A stretch of DNA of 64,000 nucleotides from NCBI GenBank assembly GCA_033763315.1, contig JANRKS010000009.1, positions 32,001 through 96,000 on the forward strand. The letters run 5' to 3'. Origin of the DNA: Deltaproteobacteria bacterium (GTDB lineage: Bacteria > Myxococcota_A > Polyangia > Fen-1088). Below, piece after piece: positions 19,335-28,091 of the stretch; within the stretch, counting starts at the first letter, position 1, and each line of letters starts with the position of its first letter. The position numbers were made by a program, and so were the translations under genes. The notes beneath the pieces were generated by a model. The model did no database searches, was not told the DNA's origin, and saw nothing but the letters and a program-made list of their open reading frames with translations.

Positions 19335-21008
19335 TCACTTGAGCTTGATGGTCACGTTGACCTTGCTGTCGTGGCGCACACGCAGAAGGCCGTTCTTCCC
19401 CCCCAAAGCCTGCCACGACCAACCCTCGGCGTCGGTCACGTTGGGCCGCTCCTGCAGCTGCATGTCGCGGCCCGAACCCGCCAGCAAGGCCACAGGTTTC
19501 GCGGCCAGATGAATGACCTCGGTGCTCGGGACCTCGAAGGTCCGATACGTGATCTCGTTGGCTTGGTAGCGCAGGCGCGTGATCATGCCCGTGCTGCGTA
19601 GGATGTGGTTTTGGTCGGCTGGCACCAGCTGCGGCAGCGCCGCCATGGCACGCAAGTAATGGCGAATGTAATCACCGTAGCCGTCGGTCATCCACACATC
19701 GTCGTGATAGTAGCGATTTTTGCCGTCGGTATCGACCATGTACGTGGCCCACGCCAGGCGGCGGATGTTCTCATCATTGTGGCTGCGATCGCCCGTAAGC
19801 TCGGCATAACGCAGCTCTGAAGCGGCCTGCCGCGACGAGTGGCTGTTGCCTGGCACTTGGTAGGCCGTTTGCTCGTTGATGGCCATAACGCCGTACTTTT
19901 GCCAGGTGGGATTGTCGAGTTTCTGGTGCACCCAGGTGAAGATGCCCTGCACCTCGGTGCGCCAGTTGGGAAACAACTCTTGGTTGTCCATCATAAAGTC
20001 TGCAAATGTCACGGCATTGATCTGGGTGTCTGACCAACCTTCGATGTCTTCGAAGAACGGGCCCCATTTGTTGGTCTTGAGCGGATAGGCTTTCATCCAC
20101 GCGACGATGATGTCGAAGGCCTTTTTGTAAGCTTTGCCGTTGCCCTTGTGCAGGCGCTGCAGCTCCGCGAACAGGCGCAATGTCCCTGCCCAGTTGGTGG
20201 TGTAAGACGATCGTACCTCCACAGGTTTGCTCTCGTGGTGGTTGATGAGCTTGCCAATCTCGCCGGTGACCGCGTTGACTTTAAACGGCATGGGCGAATT
20301 GTCGTTGTCACCCGCCTTCGTTTTTGCGGCCAACGTGTTGGCAATGGCCACCGCAGCGTCCAGATAGCGCGGGTTGTTGGTGATCTTATAGAGCGCAATG
20401 AGCTCCCAACCGAGCGAGCCGGCCTTATCGGGCTGCGTGAAATTCGCGCCCAGAATCATGTCACCGTCGTAAACACCCGAATACACCATCGTGTTGTATG
20501 GGTAGGGAATGTTCGGCCATTTGTCGGTGGGGCGAGAGAGCCCATGCGACAGATACCAATCGGCCATGAACCGCATGTTTTCGACGACGCGGCCGTAAAA
20601 GGCGCCGTTGCCTCCCGGATCGTTGCTTTCGTTGCCGAGGTACTGAAAGAGCAACGTCCACGACGACAACGCCATTTGGATTTGGTCGCCGCCGATGCCA
20701 CGGTGATCGTCCAACTGCGGCCGCCACACCTGGTGGTTCATGTGATAGGGCAGGCCATTTTGATCGGCCGCCATCGTGTCCCAAAACTTCCACGTCAAAC
20801 GAATGGCGCTGTCGAACGCTTTGGCGGGTTCGTCATATTGCCACGGCAGCAACATGCCTTTGCTGTCGACGCGAATGGCGTGATATTGGAGCTTCTCGCC
20901 CGCGGCCGGCTTGTCCGCCGCGTGGGCTATAGTGAAGCCCGAGAAGAAGGTCGTGGCCGCGGCGACCACGGCAAACGGGTGCAACAACGAAATTGTCATG
21001 GCTCTCAA
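19335..21008 (-). CDS. Secreted hypothetical protein, possibly an (alpha/alpha)6 glycosidase-like enzyme
   Basis: Signal peptide ending AHA-ADK; rich in W/Y/D/E; helical-barrel-like ELIALYKITNNPRYLDAA and YAELTGD motifs. Confidence 0.6.
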   Translation of the reverse strand: MRAMTISLLHPFAVVAAATTFFSGFTIAHAADKPAAGEKLQYHAIRVDSKGMLLPWQYDEPAKAFDSAIRLTWKFWDTMAADQNGLPYHMNHQVWRPQLDDHRGIGGDQIQMALSSWTLLFQYLGNESNDPGGNGAFYGRVVENMRFMADWYLSHGLSRPTDKWPNIPYPYNTMVYSGVYDGDMILGANFTQPDKAGSLGWELIALYKITNNPRYLDAAVAIANTLAAKTKAGDNDNSPMPFKVNAVTGEIGKLINHHESKPVEVRSSYTTNWAGTLRLFAELQRLHKGNGKAYKKAFDIIVAWMKAYPLKTNKWGPFFEDIEGWSDTQINAVTFADFMMDNQELFPNWRTEVQGIFTWVHQKLDNPTWQKYGVMAINEQTAYQVPGNSHSSRQAASELRYAELTGDRSHNDENIRRLAWATYMVDTDGKNRYYHDDVWMTDGYGDYIRHYLRAMAALPQLVPADQNHILRSTGMITRLRYQANEITYRTFEVPSTEVIHLAAKPVALLAGSGRDMQLQERPNVTDAEGWSWQALGGKNGLLRVRHDSKVNVTIKLK

Positions 21009-21097
21009 GCTAACAGACGGCCTATAGACTTTGTGCTCATGTGTCTGGACGATCTGCGCCGCCAGGCCCGCTATGCAACCTCGATCACGCTTCGTTG

Positions 21098-21793
21098 TTA
21101 GACATTTGCGCGCTGCTTGACCGCGTTGCGGGCCAGCTCATCGCAGCGCTCGTTCTCGGGGATGCCAGCGTGTCCTTCCACTTTTACAAACCTTAGATTG
21201 GGGTGGTGGCGCAGCATCTCGCGAATTTCGCCAATCAACTCGGCGTTGGCCTTGGCCTTCCAGCCTTGGCTGAGAACGCCAATGCAGTAAGAAGAATCGG
21301 TGTGAACGGCCATGGGCGCCTGCGGGTCAACGCCCAACTTCATAGCCATCTCAACGCCCCGGCTGATCGCGGTCAGTTCCGCGATGTTGTTGGTGCCAAG
21401 ACCCAAGTACTCGCCGCGTTCGATGCGCTTGCCAGGCGTGATCACCACCATGCCGATGCCCATGGGCCCCGGGTTGCCTGTGCACGCCCCATCGGTCCAT
21501 ATCGCGATGGCGCCCGCCAAAGGTTTGCCTGCCAGGTATGACGTGGCCGTCGCTTTGGGCGCGGCTTTGGTTGCGGTGGCGCCCGTTGAAGCCTTCTTGC
21601 GCGTGCGGTTGTCGGGCGGCGGATCGTTGGCTCCAGGTGCCTTTAAGTTCACCGCCGCCGGGCGATAGGATTTCACATCGTTCTCGCGGTATTTCATCTC
21701 GGCGCGGCCCTCGGCGTCCACGACGGGCTTGCCGCTGTCATCGGTGTTCACCCACACCGTTTGGTCTTTGAACCGCATCTTCTGCCAAGGCAT
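21098..21793 (-). CDS. rnhA: Ribonuclease HI with N-terminal extension
   Basis: WTDGACTGNPGP, TNNIAEL, TDSSY, VEGHAG..ENERCDELA. Start MPWQKM at 21793. Confidence 0.92.
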   Translation of the reverse strand: MPWQKMRFKDQTVWVNTDDSGKPVVDAEGRAEMKYRENDVKSYRPAAVNLKAPGANDPPPDNRTRKKASTGATATKAAPKATATSYLAGKPLAGAIAIWTDGACTGNPGPMGIGMVVITPGKRIERGEYLGLGTNNIAELTAISRGVEMAMKLGVDPQAPMAVHTDSSYCIGVLSQGWKAKANAELIGEIREMLRHHPNLRFVKVEGHAGIPENERCDELARNAVKQRANV

Positions 21794-21875
21794 CGGCGGC
21801 GCACTATAGCAACGACCGTCGCCGATGCTTCGCCAATCGCCAGGGTGCGGGTCTGCTGGTAGGCTGCTGGGGCTT

Positions 21876-22895
21876 ATGGATCGTATTGCGTACGCGCGCC
21901 GCGGCTGGCTCAAGGGGGCGTCCGTGTGGGCGCTCTTGATGACGCTGGTGGGTGTCGCGGGATGCAAAGGCTGTGAAGCACCCGGGCAACGTCTGGCGGA
22001 TCCGGCGTTGGCCTTGCTGCCTGCGCGCGCGCAGACAGTGGTTTCGTTGGACCTAAGCCAAGTGCGCCGGTCGGTTTTGTGGAAGGCCGTGGCCACGGCG
22101 GGGCAACGCAGCAGCGACGACTTGAAGATTCTGGAAGGCGTCAAAGCGCGCACGGGCTTCGATCCTTTGGTGGACGTGCATCGTTTGGTGTTCGCGTTCC
22201 CCGAAGACGCGCGGGCCAATGGGGAATTTGCGTTGTTGGCGTTTGGCGATCATCTGGACGAACGTCGCTTGGTTTCATACGCGCGCGACGAGGCCAAAGC
22301 GCGGGGCTTCGACCTTCGTCAACAAGAGCACGCGGGGCAACGATTGTGGGTGGGCAGCGATGAACAAACGAAACGTGCCGGTTTCTTCTTGAACGATCAC
22401 ACGTTTGTGTTGGGTGGCGGTGGTTGGGCGCAACAAATGGCCGCGTCGGTGGCGCAACCGCCAGAAGCGTTGCCGACACACGCGGAGCTTTCGCATTTGT
22501 GCGCGCGTATTGGCACGGGCCACGCGGCGTGGGCTGTGGCGGTGGTGCCGAACGCCACGCGTACACGTTTGGCCGGACTGCCGCGCTTCGCTGCCGCATC
22601 CAACATTGCGCGGGTTGCGGTGACGCTTGATTTGAAAGACGGACTTGCGGCGAGTTTGCGGGCCGAACTTTCAACGAAAGAGGACGCGCAAGCGCTTGCG
22701 GCGGAAGTGAACAATTACATCCGGGAAGCAAAGCAAAGCCCCAAGCTGTTGTTGATGGGCATCGGCCCTTGGTTGGAGGGCGTCGCGGCCCGTGCACAAG
22801 GGCCCAACGTGACCGTATCGCTGCAATTGAACGCGGGGCAAGCGCAGGCGATGGCCGATCGTCTGGCAGCGCTCATGCAGCTGATGAAGCGATAG
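21876..22895 (+). CDS. Hypothetical lipoprotein (DUF3352-like)
   Basis: Lipobox VAGC; ALLPARAQTVVSLDL...TGFDPL.DV.RL pattern typical of myxobacterial lipoproteins. Confidence 0.6.
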   Translation: MDRIAYARRGWLKGASVWALLMTLVGVAGCKGCEAPGQRLADPALALLPARAQTVVSLDLSQVRRSVLWKAVATAGQRSSDDLKILEGVKARTGFDPLVDVHRLVFAFPEDARANGEFALLAFGDHLDERRLVSYARDEAKARGFDLRQQEHAGQRLWVGSDEQTKRAGFFLNDHTFVLGGGGWAQQMAASVAQPPEALPTHAELSHLCARIGTGHAAWAVAVVPNATRTRLAGLPRFAAASNIARVAVTLDLKDGLAASLRAELSTKEDAQALAAEVNNYIREAKQSPKLLLMGIGPWLEGVAARAQGPNVTVSLQLNAGQAQAMADRLAALMQLMKR

Positions 22896-22912
22896 GCATG
22901 ATCGGGTGGCGC

Positions 22913-25084
22913 ATGAGAACCCTGGTGGCACTTCACACGGCAAGTCTTGTGTGCGGCTTGTGGGCCATGGCCTGCGATGGGGGCAGGCAAGGCGAAGCCA
23001 CACGCGGGCGCCAGCCAGCGACGCCCGGTGAAACGGTGCCACTGTGTGACGCGCAAACGCCGTGTGCGCCGGGATGGGGATGCGTGCCTGCCACGCGCGA
23101 CATCGGCCGATGCTTGCCGCGCGGCGCACCGGGCGCTTTGTGCATGGTGGGACCCCCGGGGGAAGGCACTTGCAATAGCGGGCTTTTGTGCGCAGGCAAA
23201 GGGGGCACGTGCGTGCCGATCGTGGGCGCGGGTCAGGCTTGCACGGCTGCGGCGTGTGCGCCGCCGTTCGTATGCGATCGCGATGGCAGCTTTGATCCTG
23301 TGTGCGCGTCCCCGGGCGATGATCACGGCGCTTGTCGGGCGCAACCACCCGTGTGCAACGCGGGCCTTGGTTGTTTGGCTGGCATTTGCAGGGCGTTGTC
23401 CATGAGCGGAACTTGCTTTGCCAACGGCACGTACACCCCTTGTCCGACCGGTCAATTGTGCTCGCACTTCTTTGGTGATCCCGGCGAGACGCCAGGGAAG
23501 TGTTTGGTGCCCAGCATCGTCGGGGGCGCGTGCGGCGATCCAGATCTTGGCCGCCCCGTTTGCGTGGAACCCGCGTTGTGTGTGCAGGGCGTGTGCCGCT
23601 TGGATGCCGTTCCTTTGGGGGGCACGTGCTTGCCGCAAGCGCCTCACGTGCAGTGTGCAGACGCAGGTGCCTGCGTGCGAAACGTGTGCATCAGCAAGGG
23701 CACCGAGACGGCGCCGTGCCGTGCTTTGCCTTCCGCGCCCTGTGACCCGGGGCTTACGTGTAAGGACGGTGCATGCCGCAGCTTTATTGCTGACGGGCAA
23801 AGCTGCGAACCAAAATCGGGTGCCTTGGTTGATTGTCGCGCGGGCTCGTCTTGTGTGCGCGCAGGCCCGGCGTATGTTTGTGCGCGCGATGGCTTGGAGG
23901 GCGGCGCGTGTCGCGCGGGCGAGGTGCCATGCGACGATGGGCTCGTGTGCGCGCGCAATCTCGACGGAACAAAAGTGTGTCGTGTGCCGCTGCCGCTGGG
24001 CGCCCCGTGCAGTTTGGCGCGCGAGCCCTTTGAACCTTGCACGGCAGAATCCTCGTGCAGCAAAGCAACGCGCGTGTGTGAAAGCAATGGCAGCTTAGGC
24101 GCGGCCTGCCTTGCAGAGCAGCGCTGCGACACGGGGCTTTGGTGCGTGCCGGATAATGGCGTGAACCGTTGCCATCTGGCACCAGCTGCGGTGGCGGTGG
24201 GCCAGGCGTGCGACACCAACCCTGTGGCTTCGTTGCGTACGAACCGCTGTGAAGCGGGCACGCAGTGTGTGGCGGGCTTATGCGTGTCGTGGGGCTCCGC
24301 GGGCGCGTCATGCCGGCCCTTGGGTGTGGCCCCGTCGCGTTGCGATGCGGGCCTCGCATGCATGGCAGGCTCATGCCAGCCCGGCGCACCCGTGGGCGCT
24401 GAATGTTTGCCGGGCGGTGACGCCGAATGCGCAGCGCCTGCGCTGTGTGTTGCCGGCGTTTGTCGGATGGTGAACGGTTATGCGCTCACGCTTGAGCCGC
24501 GTGAACCGTTTGTGGATGCCTGCGAAGGCGGCACACCATTGGCGTTGACGTCGTCGCTGTTTACCAGCGCGCCCAAGGACGATGGTGACGAAGTGGTTGC
24601 GTTGCCGTTTGCGTTCACCTTTTATGGTGAGCCGCACGTCAATATTGCAATCAGCGTCAATGGTGTGGCCGGCTTTCCCGGGCCCGGCGCGTTCTTGAAT
24701 CCAGGCGCTGGCGGCGTGTTGCCAAGCGCCGGTCAACCCGCCCTTATCGCGCCGTTTTGGGATGATCTGGTCGCCAGCGGCGCGTCTGGCGTGTGCACAA
24801 AAACGACCGGCATCATGGGCGACCGTCGCTTCGTCGTGACATGGCGCCGCGTGCAGCGCTTTGGTTACCGCGATTCATCGCTCACGTTTTCGATGCTGCT
24901 GCGCGAGCGTGATGGGGCGGTGACATTCGCTTATGACGATCTTTATGCCCCCGCCGGATCGGAAAGCGCCGTGAGCGGTGTGCGCGCCACCCGCGGCCTG
25001 CAAGCAGCGGGTGGTTTCGCTTCGGTGCAAAGCAGCGCAGCGGTGTCATTGACACAACAGCTTTCATTTGTGCCGCTTCCCTGA
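22913..25084 (+). CDS. Cys-rich repeat lipoprotein with C-terminal NIDO-like domain
   Basis: Lipobox AMAC; many CxxGxxC..G.C repeats; LPFAFTFYG...ISVNG...IAPFWDDL...FVVTW. Confidence 0.75.
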   Translation: MRTLVALHTASLVCGLWAMACDGGRQGEATRGRQPATPGETVPLCDAQTPCAPGWGCVPATRDIGRCLPRGAPGALCMVGPPGEGTCNSGLLCAGKGGTCVPIVGAGQACTAAACAPPFVCDRDGSFDPVCASPGDDHGACRAQPPVCNAGLGCLAGICRALSMSGTCFANGTYTPCPTGQLCSHFFGDPGETPGKCLVPSIVGGACGDPDLGRPVCVEPALCVQGVCRLDAVPLGGTCLPQAPHVQCADAGACVRNVCISKGTETAPCRALPSAPCDPGLTCKDGACRSFIADGQSCEPKSGALVDCRAGSSCVRAGPAYVCARDGLEGGACRAGEVPCDDGLVCARNLDGTKVCRVPLPLGAPCSLAREPFEPCTAESSCSKATRVCESNGSLGAACLAEQRCDTGLWCVPDNGVNRCHLAPAAVAVGQACDTNPVASLRTNRCEAGTQCVAGLCVSWGSAGASCRPLGVAPSRCDAGLACMAGSCQPGAPVGAECLPGGDAECAAPALCVAGVCRMVNGYALTLEPREPFVDACEGGTPLALTSSLFTSAPKDDGDEVVALPFAFTFYGEPHVNIAISVNGVAGFPGPGAFLNPGAGGVLPSAGQPALIAPFWDDLVASGASGVCTKTTGIMGDRRFVVTWRRVQRFGYRDSSLTFSMLLRERDGAVTFAYDDLYAPAGSESAVSGVRATRGLQAAGGFASVQSSAAVSLTQQLSFVPLP

Positions 25085-25122
25085 TGTTGATTTTGCGGTG
25101 ACATTGGCAAACGCTTCGGGCA

Positions 25123-26775
25123 TTGTGGCCGGTCGTGGATCGAACCCCTGAAGAATTGCTGGCCTTGGTGCGAAGCAGTGGCTTTACGCCTTCTGCGCGT
25201 GACCTGCCGGCGTTGTTCGATCTCGTGGCTGCCGCCGATAGAGACGTGGCGCGCATGGCGATTCGATCACTGGCGCGCCTGGGTGCCTTGGCCTTGCCTG
25301 AGGCGATGACCCGCTTTGACGATGCCGTTCCTCCGTTGCGCGCGCGCCTTTGTGATCTGGTGGCCGTGCTTGGCGAAGACCTGCGCGATGTGACGGTTGG
25401 TCCATGGCTGCTGGCGCGGTTGGGCGATGCTGATGGTGTGACCCGCCGCCGCGCGGCCTTGCAGTTAGGCAAACGTGTGACAGCGTGGCCCCATGAACGA
25501 GATCTCGCTGAAGCGGCTTTGACGCAGGCCTTTGCCACCACCACCGATCTGGCTGATCGTCGCGCGCTGGCCGAAGCGTTGGGCCGCTTGGGCTCGGGGC
25601 AAGCGCTCAAAGCTTTAGACGCTCAGCCGCCGGCCGCAGCGCAGGACGCGTTGCTTGAACAGCGCCTCACCCAGGCGCGCCTGCGCATCGAACAGCGTGA
25701 ACTGCGACGCGTGGCTTCGACGATCACGCTTGATGCCCCGCTGGGGCAACCCACGGCGATTTTGTTGCACGTGCGTTCGGGGCTTGAGGGGATGTTGCTT
25801 GACGAACTGCAAGCGGTGCCCGGCTTGTTAACGGTGCCGCGCGAAGTGGGCGCGGGCCGCGTGCGTGTGATGACAACCGGCACCTTGCGTCCGTTGTTTG
25901 CGGCGCGCACCTTCATGCATCTGGGGTTCCCGATCGAGTTCGACAGCGATCCCCACGACGTTGTGGGCTCTGTAGTGGATGCGCTCGTGATGCCATCCAC
26001 ACAAGCGTTGTTTAGATCGCTCACCGATGGCCCCGTGCGGTTTCGCATCAATTGGGCGGGTGGGGGCCAACGCCGCAGCGATACGCGTGCGGTTGCGGAG
26101 CGTGTGGTGCAAGCGGTGCCGTGGTTGATCAACGATTCAACGCAAGCGCCTTGGGAAGTGGTGGTTAGTGAAGTGGTGGGCAAAACGGGGCCGCGCGTGT
26201 TTGTTGAGCTGTGGCCGCAAAAACTTGTGGATCCGCGGTTTGCGTACCGCAAGGCCACGATGCCGGCGTCGTCGCATCCCACGATCGCCGCGGCCCTCGT
26301 GCGGGTGGCGGGGTGCCGGGCCGGGGACGTGGTGTGGGATCCGTTTGTCGGCACAGGCATGGAGCTGGCTGAACGTAGTTTGGCGGGCCCTTACAAGCAG
26401 TTGTTCGGCACGGACGTTGACCCGCAGGCCATCGCCGCCGCGCAAGAGAATGTGGCGTCTGCGAAAGCACAACGCGTGACGCTCACCTTGCAGGACGCGC
26501 GCACCTTCGCACCGCCGCTGCCTTTGTCGCTTGTAATCACAAACCCTCCGTTTGGCCGTCGCGTGGCGGTCAGTGAGGGCGTGCGTGAGTTATTGGAAGA
26601 TGTGCTCGGCCACGCGGCCGCACTGCTCGGGCCGCAAGGGCGGATGGCGTTTATCACGCCGCGTGTGCACGCCACAGAGGCCGTGATGTTGCGTGCGGGC
26701 TTGGTGCGGCAGCAGCAGCTGCCTGTGGATGTGGGCGGTTTCTCCGCGCACCTTGAGTTGTGGCAGCGGCGTTAG
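25123..26775 (+). CDS. HEAT-repeat plus THUMP-like SAM-dependent (RNA) methyltransferase, UPF0020-like
   Basis: N-terminal RRRAALQLG/RRALAEALG repeats; WDPFVGTG motif I; TNPPFG motif IV. Confidence 0.8.
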   Translation: MWPVVDRTPEELLALVRSSGFTPSARDLPALFDLVAAADRDVARMAIRSLARLGALALPEAMTRFDDAVPPLRARLCDLVAVLGEDLRDVTVGPWLLARLGDADGVTRRRAALQLGKRVTAWPHERDLAEAALTQAFATTTDLADRRALAEALGRLGSGQALKALDAQPPAAAQDALLEQRLTQARLRIEQRELRRVASTITLDAPLGQPTAILLHVRSGLEGMLLDELQAVPGLLTVPREVGAGRVRVMTTGTLRPLFAARTFMHLGFPIEFDSDPHDVVGSVVDALVMPSTQALFRSLTDGPVRFRINWAGGGQRRSDTRAVAERVVQAVPWLINDSTQAPWEVVVSEVVGKTGPRVFVELWPQKLVDPRFAYRKATMPASSHPTIAAALVRVAGCRAGDVVWDPFVGTGMELAERSLAGPYKQLFGTDVDPQAIAAAQENVASAKAQRVTLTLQDARTFAPPLPLSLVITNPPFGRRVAVSEGVRELLEDVLGHAAALLGPQGRMAFITPRVHATEAVMLRAGLVRQQQLPVDVGGFSAHLELWQRR

Positions 26776-28091
26776 GCCAAAAGGCCCGGCAAGGGACCTT
26801 TGCCTGTGTCGGTCTTGCCAAATGTATCGGCAGCGATGCCGAACGCGTTGAGCGCCGCCACAAGCAAGCGGTTGTGGATGACGTTATCGAATTGCATGAA
26901 CCGGCCCATGCGCATGGCACCCGCAGCGCCACCGGCCACCACGAATGGTGTTTTTTGGAAGGAGTGCGTGTTGCCTTTGCCCAGCTCGGAGCCCCAGATG
27001 ACCAGGGTGTTATCGAGCATTGTGCCTGTGCCTTCTTTGACGGCGTCCAACTGATCAAGAAGGTATGCGAAACGCCCCGCGTACCACGCATAGATGTTGG
27101 TTAAATCCTCTTTGGCCTGCGCGTCGCTGTCACCCGCGTGGGTTAGCAGGTGGTGCCCCATGCGTGTGATGCCGAGCCAACTATAAGTGCCGTTGTCGTT
27201 GTCGCCCACGGTGTACTGCAGGCTTGCCACACGCGTGAGGTCACAGGCCAAGGCCGCAGCCATCAGTTCCATTTGGCGATCAATCACAGTGGGTGTGTTG
27301 GCTTCGTTGAACGCATCCACGTTCATGCCCATCGTGGGCGCCGCGCAAACCTTTGGCGTTGCCAGCAGGCGCTTCTCGATGTTCGCGATGCCATCAATGT
27401 GAGCCTGAATGCGTGGCTGATCCGCGGCGGGCGCACGTGTTTTCAACGCGTCCAACTCTTGTTTGAGCACATCCACGCTGGCTTTGCGCTGTTTGAGCAC
27501 CGTTGAGCTGCGCGCCCCGAACAAACGATCGAACATCGCGTAGGGATTGGCCTCGGGCGCCAGTGGCTGTTTGGGCGCAGCGTAGATCATGCGGGACGCT
27601 GGATTGCTGCCTCCGCTGCGCACCCCAAACTCAAGCGATTTCCAGGGCGTGGTAAGGCCAATCTTCTGGGCGATCACTTGGTCAATGGAAGCGCTGCTGT
27701 TCCAGCCGAAGAAACGACCGCCCGAGCCATCGGCGCGAATGAAGGTTTGATCTTCAAGCAGCGGGGAGGCCGACCATAGCAGCGACGGCCCTTTGGTGTG
27801 CGGCGCACCGACGCCATCGGCCTTGATCTGGAGGCCCGCCAGCACCGCAATTTTCTTTTGGTGGCGCTCAAGTGGCTTGAGGATGCGCGACAGTGTGAAC
27901 GCGCTGTCCGTGCCTGTGGGAACCCAGTTGTCCCAGATGGTGCCGTGAGGCGTGAAGAACAGCACCAACCGTTTGGGTGGTGCCTCGGCGCCGCTGGCGT
28001 TCAGCAGCGGCAAGAACGGCGCGACGGCCGCCGAGACGCCCAACCGTGAAAGCAGCGCGCGGCGACCAAAGTGCGGGTTAAAACGGCTCAT
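26772..28091 (-). CDS. DUF1552 (HXXSHH) family protein, Tat-like signal
   Basis: GRRALL signal; PPKRLVLFFTPHG; SIDQVIA; ALACDLTRVASL; HHLLTH; LDNTLVIWGSELG. Confidence 0.9.
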   Translation of the reverse strand: MSRFNPHFGRRALLSRLGVSAAVAPFLPLLNASGAEAPPKRLVLFFTPHGTIWDNWVPTGTDSAFTLSRILKPLERHQKKIAVLAGLQIKADGVGAPHTKGPSLLWSASPLLEDQTFIRADGSGGRFFGWNSSASIDQVIAQKIGLTTPWKSLEFGVRSGGSNPASRMIYAAPKQPLAPEANPYAMFDRLFGARSSTVLKQRKASVDVLKQELDALKTRAPAADQPRIQAHIDGIANIEKRLLATPKVCAAPTMGMNVDAFNEANTPTVIDRQMELMAAALACDLTRVASLQYTVGDNDNGTYSWLGITRMGHHLLTHAGDSDAQAKEDLTNIYAWYAGRFAYLLDQLDAVKEGTGTMLDNTLVIWGSELGKGNTHSFQKTPFVVAGGAAGAMRMGRFMQFDNVIHNRLLVAALNAFGIAADTFGKTDTGKGPLPGLLA

